Origin: Novakomyces olei
Taxonomy: Eukaryota
Direction: 5' to 3'
Assembly: GCA_016906335.1 (NCBI GenBank)
Contig: JADEYG010000015.1
Location: forward strand, 248,001 to 312,000
DNA: 64,000 bases
The notes beneath the pieces were generated by a model. The model saw only the letters and a list, made by a program, of their open reading frames with translations, searched no databases and had not been told where the DNA came from. Shown here one piece after another: positions 57,631-64,000 of this stretch. The position numbers and the translations under genes are program-made. Numbering within the stretch: the first letter of the stretch is position 1; every line of letters begins with the position of its first letter.

Positions 57631-60073
57631 TCAATCATTTCTGCTTCTCAACTTACGCCCCAAACGCATTGGCTGGTCGATGGGAGACTCTAATTTGCCC
57701 TCGCCCAAAACTCGGTGCCCATAATTGTCATAATCAAATAAGAGTGTGCCATTGGAGGCAAAAGCTCGACGATAATAAGCGTCTTGAGCGAGTTTTTGTG
57801 CTGTCCATCCGTGTGAAATAAGACTCGACTGATCCGGTCTTTCAAAATGCGATGTACCGCTTTGTTCTGTGTGCATTTTAGTCTGGAAATTACGACCAGA
57901 TTGGCTTGTACTGTACGTATTATGGACAGCGGCATCCAGCATGAATCCTTTTGCATTATTATAGAACTCTGCACTTGAATCAACGTCTAGTACAGAAACT
58001 TGCGTTGTAAAATAATTAAATCCAGCGGTGGACCCGTGTGAATCGGCTTCTGATTCAGTTTTGGCTTCGTTTTCAGATCCAGTATTTTGTACGGAAATTA
58101 AGTGCTTTCGACGGCTGTTAGAGTGCAATAAATTTGAATAAAACGTAGAGTTGCTCAGATGCAATGATTGCTGCCTTTTCCCACCTTGTTTGATGTTTTG
58201 AACATTTTCAAACACGATTTCTCTCTTTTGCAGTGTGATATTATGACCGTGCAATATTCCATTTATTGTAATATTTCTTTGTGCAAAAGTCTGGATTTTA
58301 CCGCCCGTTCCGTCCGTTTCAACGGCTGCTTCCAGCTCCAGATCTGTACCCGTATCGTGAACGGAAACAGAGTGTGGCCTGTCTTCGTCCCCTGTCCAGA
58401 CTAAAAGACTCGAGGTCACAATCCAATTCTGCAGGACGTTTGACACTCCTAAAACTTTTAGTGTTACGTTGTGTTTGCCTGGTCTGCTGAGTAACTCTAA
58501 AAAGGGCGTCAAGTCAATCGTTGCTGCGGGTATATCGTACGTGTCTGCCGTTAATATAGGTGATTTATTGATAATTAAATAATCAAATTATTTATTGATT
58601 TATATATATTTCACTTACTTATTCCCACAATCGGCCGCCATAGGCCAGGGGAGATACCGCCAGTAAATATAACCGGGAAGGGCACAAAAGCATCTGCCAA
58701 ATGTGTCTCATCAATCCATACTTCAATCTGCCTTAGAGCTCCACCACCCAAAAACTCAGCATTAGAAAAAGCCTTAGTATACTCATCAGGCACATTAGAC
58801 CACCAAAACTCTTCTTGCGCATTGCCACTGGCTAAAACATACAACTCCAAACGGGACACACGATTGTCAAGTGACTGAGGCGGGAACTCAAGCACCGCGT
58901 TCCCTGGCAAAGATAAACTTTTATTGTGCAGAGAAAGAACACTGTTTGGAGCGTCTGCTAGAGCGTCGACTCCATAATAAAACTTGATTAAAAGCCGAGC
59001 ATGAAAGACGCCAGTGTAAAAGTTGTTGACTATATTTGGGATATCGACACTCACGGGCTGCGGGGTGGAAAGAAGAGCGGCAAATAAAGAAATGTCCTTT
59101 TCAAAACTTGAAAAAACACCCTGCTGCGTCGGCTCAAAGGTACTTGTACGCCAGACCTCGACGCCTCCGAGGTAGATGTGGCCTAGACGGTCAAACTGAC
59201 GGCCTCTGCTACGGATTTGCAGGACAAGTGTTGCCCGGTCCCAACTTTTGGCACATGTGGGTGTATAGTTTCCTAAGAAAAGTTTTAGTATGATTAGTTA
59301 AAGACTGAAATGCGGACGTGTCGGTTTGAAAATAATTAAATTTAATAACATTATAATGATTGATGTTCCCCATTTCTTTCTTTCCTTCTTTCTTTCTTTT
59401 TCTTTTTCTTTTTCTGTTCCCTTTTTTTTTTTTGGCAATAATCTCACCAATAATTCAATTATTAAAATGAATTTGTTCAAGCAAGGAAACAAAAGACTCA
59501 AATCTCTTGTTGACAAAATATGTACAATTATAATCACCATAAAACCCCCTTCCTGATCCATCGTATAACGGGGCGCTTTCAAAAACAAATAAATTAAACT
59601 ATTCTCAAGTTATGTTCGCCGTTCAGCGAGAATTGCTCCTCAGTACCAATGCCAATAATTGTAAAGCATGATTGAAGCAACATCAGAACGATCATGTACA
59701 ATAAAGATATCAGAGCAATAAATTACCTTGAAACGGCTCAAACCATGAATGTGCAAAATCATGTTCCATAAGTTGTATTGTACACCAATGTGACGCGCTC
59801 TCCTCATCTGTTACTGTTAAACCTTTCTGATAAAGCTAGACAACGTAAAACATAAATCATTTAATGAACCAATCGCAAGAAACGCATACAAGTTGTCGGC
59901 GCATGAAGCTGAAATGTTTCACGATAACTGCTTTGGAGTCGTAAACATTTCAAACATAGCGCAACAGCGAATAAGAGCAACGTTACTATTGCTGATAGGC
60001 GCCCGTACGATTTTCCATGACGATGATTTGGCGTTTCAAGCATGTAGCTTGATTTGAAAAAGTATGAGCGCAT
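57631..60073 (-). CDS. Peptide-N4-(N-acetyl-beta-glucosaminyl)asparagine amidase A (PNGase A family), 4 exons
   Basis: LMEHDFAHSWFEP, GRQFDRLG..VEVWRTST.EP, SGNAQEEFWWSNV and PFPVIFTGGISPGLWRPIVGI. N-terminal hydrophobic anchor. The exact start codon and first acceptor are uncertain. Confidence 0.85.
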
Positions 60074-60926
60074 TTGGTCATCTGCCAATCCCTACAATGC
60101 TCATAGTAAAAGGCAATTTATTGATCAATTGTGTGGACAATATGCGCTAAGTCAGATCTAGTTCAGCTTTATCTTTATGTATGTTCCTCCTTCATATTAT
60201 AATATGATATTAACATTGTCTCAGCTTTTTAATTCACTCGTATAAACCAACCCTATCCGTGTTGAGTTTACTTGAAACCCTAATAATTGTGTAGCAAGCA
60301 TTGGAGGCCATCAATGTCGAAGGAAGGCATCATCAAAAATGGGTTCAAAAATGGGTGCAAATATGGGTGAGCATAAGTACAAGGAGTGTAGAAATATTGT
60401 GATGAAATCAAAATTAGAGCAAGAAGTATACTTTGTTTACTATATATACGTACGGTAAGCGGCCGTAGATCCTATTCAAATATTCAAGTATCCGTACATA
60501 CATACATCGTCTCGAGATACGCCGCGAGACATCCTCTAGAATACTGAATAAGGGCATGCGCAACAGCTTTACAAAACCTTGTCCCTCACTGTACACACAA
60601 TCAAGCAAAAAGCAAAAAGGTATCGGTGCATAGTACGCAAGAACCAGAAAAATGTTAAAGAAGCAAAATGAATAAATTGTGATATTTAAGAACAACAAAA
60701 ATTGGCGACACTTTTCAGACTATTTATGCTTCTAGGAGACAAGTCCTAGCAAAAGGAAGGGAAAGGAAAACAATCGGTCTCCCCCAAAAAGACCAATTTT
60801 ATGATATAGCATAGCAGGAAACTGGGATGAGTTCAAACTTGATACGATAAAAATGAAAAACAAATCAGAATATAGTTAAATAAACACCAAATATTCTGTT
60901 AACACTTTTAAAACTTGATTGAACCA

Positions 60927-61850
60927 CTAGTTGCCTGATGGTCGGTCGACTACCGTCACATCAGACAAGTTGATAAGCAATTGAGCAAGGCACTTCTTTG
61001 TATTGTGATCGTCCTTTAGAATATGGGAAAATGTAGCATCGCGCAAAGGCTCTGGCAAGCACTGGCGTAAAGCCTCCCTTGCCCGGGGATTTTCGCTTAG
61101 GCGCAGATAACAGCGAATGACATGTTTTAACAAACGAAACGCCATTGTTTCCACAAGCTGATTAACCATATTGGAGAGAACGGTTCCAATAGCGTAGAAC
61201 CGCTCGTACGTCTGGCAGACGTAGGCAAGACCAACGTCGTCCATCAGTATCTTTTGTACAATGAAAATAGCTACAGTTTTTGATAGCTCTGAGCCGGTTT
61301 CCATTATGCGCAAGCACAATGGAATTATCTCGGTGGACAGTAAGAAATTGATAACCTCACTAGAATCGTTTTTCACCAAGGCCCCAATCACACCGAGCGA
61401 AGTAAGTCGCAAATACTCAAACGGCCGTGATTTGCTCGTAGTATTGAGGAAAGGATAAAGGAACAGTGGGATGTGTGCGTTCAAAAACATGGATCGCGTG
61501 TCCGGGTGAGATGCAACACACTGCAAAAGAGCAAGCGCGTTGCACACCCGATTCGAGGCGGGTGCAGTTAAAGTTGGAGGCGAAAGTGCCGGGTAAACGG
61601 ATACAATTTCCTCGAGAAGAATTGTCATTACACCTACTTATTAGACAAAAACATGAAGAAATCCACGGGTACCGTAAGAATGCCACAGTATTATGGCTAG
61701 ATCTTCAAGTTGCTCCCTTTTCTTGGACAGTTCCCATAACGCTGCGTCTTTTCCCTGACCCAGAACCAGTTGCTGGATCCATTCAAATATGCGTGCTTGG
61801 TCTAATGCGGCCGACTGAGCGCCACTCGATGCAGACGAAGCCGTCTGCAT
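60927..61850 (-). CDS. CAF40: CCR4-NOT subunit Rcd1/Caf40, 2 exons
   Basis: [52 protein letters not shown] and [20 protein letters not shown] 39-nt intron lies at 61672-61634. Confidence 0.96.
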
Positions 61851-62105
61851 CGCTGTCTGAGGTTTGTGCAGTTGTGTTTTGCGTCGAATCGGTAATGCTG
61901 TGTAAAGTAGACCGGTGCGGTTTACAGTCGCAGATCTCAATCTTGTTTATAAAGTGCTCAATTTATGTTATTTTATTTGTAAAGTGCTCCTCAATTTATT
62001 AATATTATATCAGGTATTCGAGTGTTTTATCGTTTTGTAAATATTTATTTTATTGATTTTCAAAAGAATAGTATAGTAATGTAGCAGCAATACGCGGGCC
62101 ACATA

Positions 62106-62265
62106 ATAATTCTGCAATAAATATAATTCTGCAATAAAATAATTCTGCAATAAATATAATTCTGCAATAAATATAATTCTGCAATAAATATAATTCTGCA
62201 ATAAATATAATTCTGCAATACATAATTCACAGATAATATAATTCCACTACAATAATTCTGCAATA
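62106..62265. repeat. 17-bp minisatellite (ATAATTCTGCAATAAAT) x about 7 plus degenerate copies
   Basis: Directly visible tandem array in the RCD1-GYP7 divergent intergenic region. Confidence 0.9.
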
Positions 62266-62341
62266 GCATCATACACGTTATCTATAATAATCCTGCTACT
62301 TGGTCTACTGCTATTCCTACAGCTACGTGCGACCACATCCC

Positions 62342-64000
62342 ATGGCCGGGGCGGGTGACACGCTAGCAGAATCTCTGCGGTTTGATGACGTAGACGATAC
62401 TCTGGCACACAGCGCTATCAACGTGTCTCGGGCTACTCCGCCCGGCTCAGCCAGCTCGTCTGGCCGTTTGCGGTACCGACTGTTATGGAGCAAATCGCAC
62501 GTTTACATCCATCCTTCTCCGCGCAAACGCGATAACATTTGTGGGTTTCTGTCGCTCGTTCAGACTGCGACTCGTGCTGATCCGAATGGGGCTAATGTGC
62601 TACTGGCTTGGATTCCGACGTCGGTTCTCACATCGAATCCCTCAGATATGAAGGCGTATACGGACTCTGATCGAGCTTTCACTTCTCCACTAGTGGAGCA
62701 CGAAGATACTGGGCCCTATTTTTATGTGGATATGCCTCCAGTTGATTCTGCTTATGCTTTTAGTGTCCCGCTCGTTGATGTTTACTCGCTGGCTTTAAGG
62801 CCCCCTCGCGTTGGTTGGGCGTATGGGTCTATTGTCATTAACCTGCGGAGCGAACGGAGTGCTCTGCCTGCCCTCTTTTTTCACGATAATGGTAGGATTA
62901 GACGGATATTTTCCCCGCTCGTTTCATTGCTAATGCTAGAATGTCCGAGTACAATCGCTATGCGCAAACGTCTCGCCCAGGACTTTGACCCGTTTGGAGA
63001 AAATGGTGAAATTTTTTGGGGCGGTGAGCATTTCATCTCCTACTTGAGGACTGTAGTGAAGACAGAAAGGTAAAGTTCTTGACTCGTGTCTCTGCTATTG
63101 TTTCTTGGTCCGCTTGTGTATATGTGTTTATACTTCCTCACAAGCTACTCGGCATTGATGAACTTTTGAAACCATGGGGTTTCATCGTTTTAATACTATC
63201 AAAAACACTGTCCTTCTCCTTAAACACTCGTTACTGTTTTATTAAATCAATTTTTTTTTTAATTCCACTTTTAATATTAATTTCACTTTTAATTTTTTCC
63301 ATACCGTTTTCTTGTCAATTTTATTTCGATTGTCGGTCATCATAACCTGTATTTTACTTTATATTATTTCGAAGACTATGCTTGACCATCGACTAACAGC
63401 AGATCCGCCAAAGACAGGGCATTATACTATGTGAACCCCGGGTACAGGCCACCAGAGTCTCAGTTAAGCTCACGTCCAAAAGCTTCACAGAGCACTAGCA
63501 GCAGCAATGCAAAATCCAGTTCTGCTACAGATGGAAACAAATTTCTGAGCGATGCGAAATGGACACTTCTCGAGCGCCTCAGCCGGATCACGCGATTTGG
63601 ACGCAATGCGGCTATTAAAATTGCAGAGCATCCAATAACAACACGGGAAATTCTGCCTCGTTTACCACCACGCATTCGGGAGATTGTCTCTAATCAAAAT
63701 ATTCAACAGCTCACAGAAGAGTATGATCCAGCCCGTCTTTATTTAGCCAAATGGGCTGCCGGAATAGCTGAGCAGTCCGAGAAAGAAAGGCACCATGGCT
63801 TCTCTGAGATGGGAGTTCTTGGCGGCCTTGGAGATTGGATTGAGGAGTCTGATTTGGGCTCTTTTGAAGTACTGTCGGCCGGAGAAAGAGCCGAGCGAAG
63901 ACCTCCGCTGTCTCAAGTACAGTGGGACTCCTTTTTCGATGCAGAAGGTTACTGCACGGTGGCCGTGCATGAAATTAAAGATATAGTTTTCCATGGTGGC
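62342..64000 (+). CDS. GYP7: Rab-GAP Gyp7 (TBC1D15/17-like), 3' end truncated by the window
   Basis: LLWSKSHVYIHP...DNICGFL, YAFSVPL..VYSL, LPALFFHD|ECPST, FWGG..FISYL and KWTLLERLSRIT...EEYDPARLYLAKWA. Introns at 62892-62939 and 63070-63402. Confidence 0.88.

Noticed and set aside
60333..60369. CAAAAATGGGT(T/G) x3 tandem repeat
   Set aside because: It is a short slippage-type duplication like many others in the window, with no evidence of function.
62106..62265. Repeat array considered as a CRISPR array
   Set aside because: The tandem units are contiguous with no unique spacers, the context is eukaryotic and there are no cas genes.
1..64000. tRNA, snRNA, rRNA genes and transposable elements
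   Set aside because: By eye I saw no cloverleaf with A/B boxes, no U1/U2/U6 signature sequences, and no transposase, reverse transcriptase, LTR or TIR features. tRNAscan-SE and Rfam searches would be needed to exclude them formally.

Overview
Gene-dense eukaryotic (fungal, ascomycete yeast-like) DNA with about 27 protein-coding genes. Most are interrupted by spliceosomal introns, so the ORF track fragments them. An hsp9-like 67-aa HSP12 protein, a fission-yeast-type SIN cdc14 gene, 35-48 nt introns and frequent AAG acceptors suggest an early-diverging ascomycete such as Taphrinomycotina (inference). Genes in order: ArsB/NhaD-type transporter, Ran1/Pat1-like kinase, SDR, GH72 Gas protein, Ygr210c-like GTPase, MCM4, PDI, HAD-IIA hydrolase, dienelactone hydrolase, HSP12, ISY1, PRP38, ACB1, MRPS8, Cat8/FacB-type Zn2Cys6 factor, Prm10/ThrE-like membrane protein, GGPP synthase, Sel1/CaaX chitin-synthase-regulator-like protein, SIN cdc14, an unassigned spliced gene, N-acetylglutamate synthase, a small orphan ORF, MMtag protein, TOM40, PNGase A, RCD1/CAF40 and a truncated GYP7. 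I found no tRNA, rRNA, CRISPR array or transposon, and no clearly novel multi-gene system. The best leads are a candidate non-coding transcription unit at about 2.8-3.2 kb, telomere-like AACCCT clusters, a frame-neutral 12-nt microexon in ACB1, a head-to-head spliceosomal gene pair, two orphan genes and several regulatory arrays. All gene models were assembled by eye and not checked with tools.
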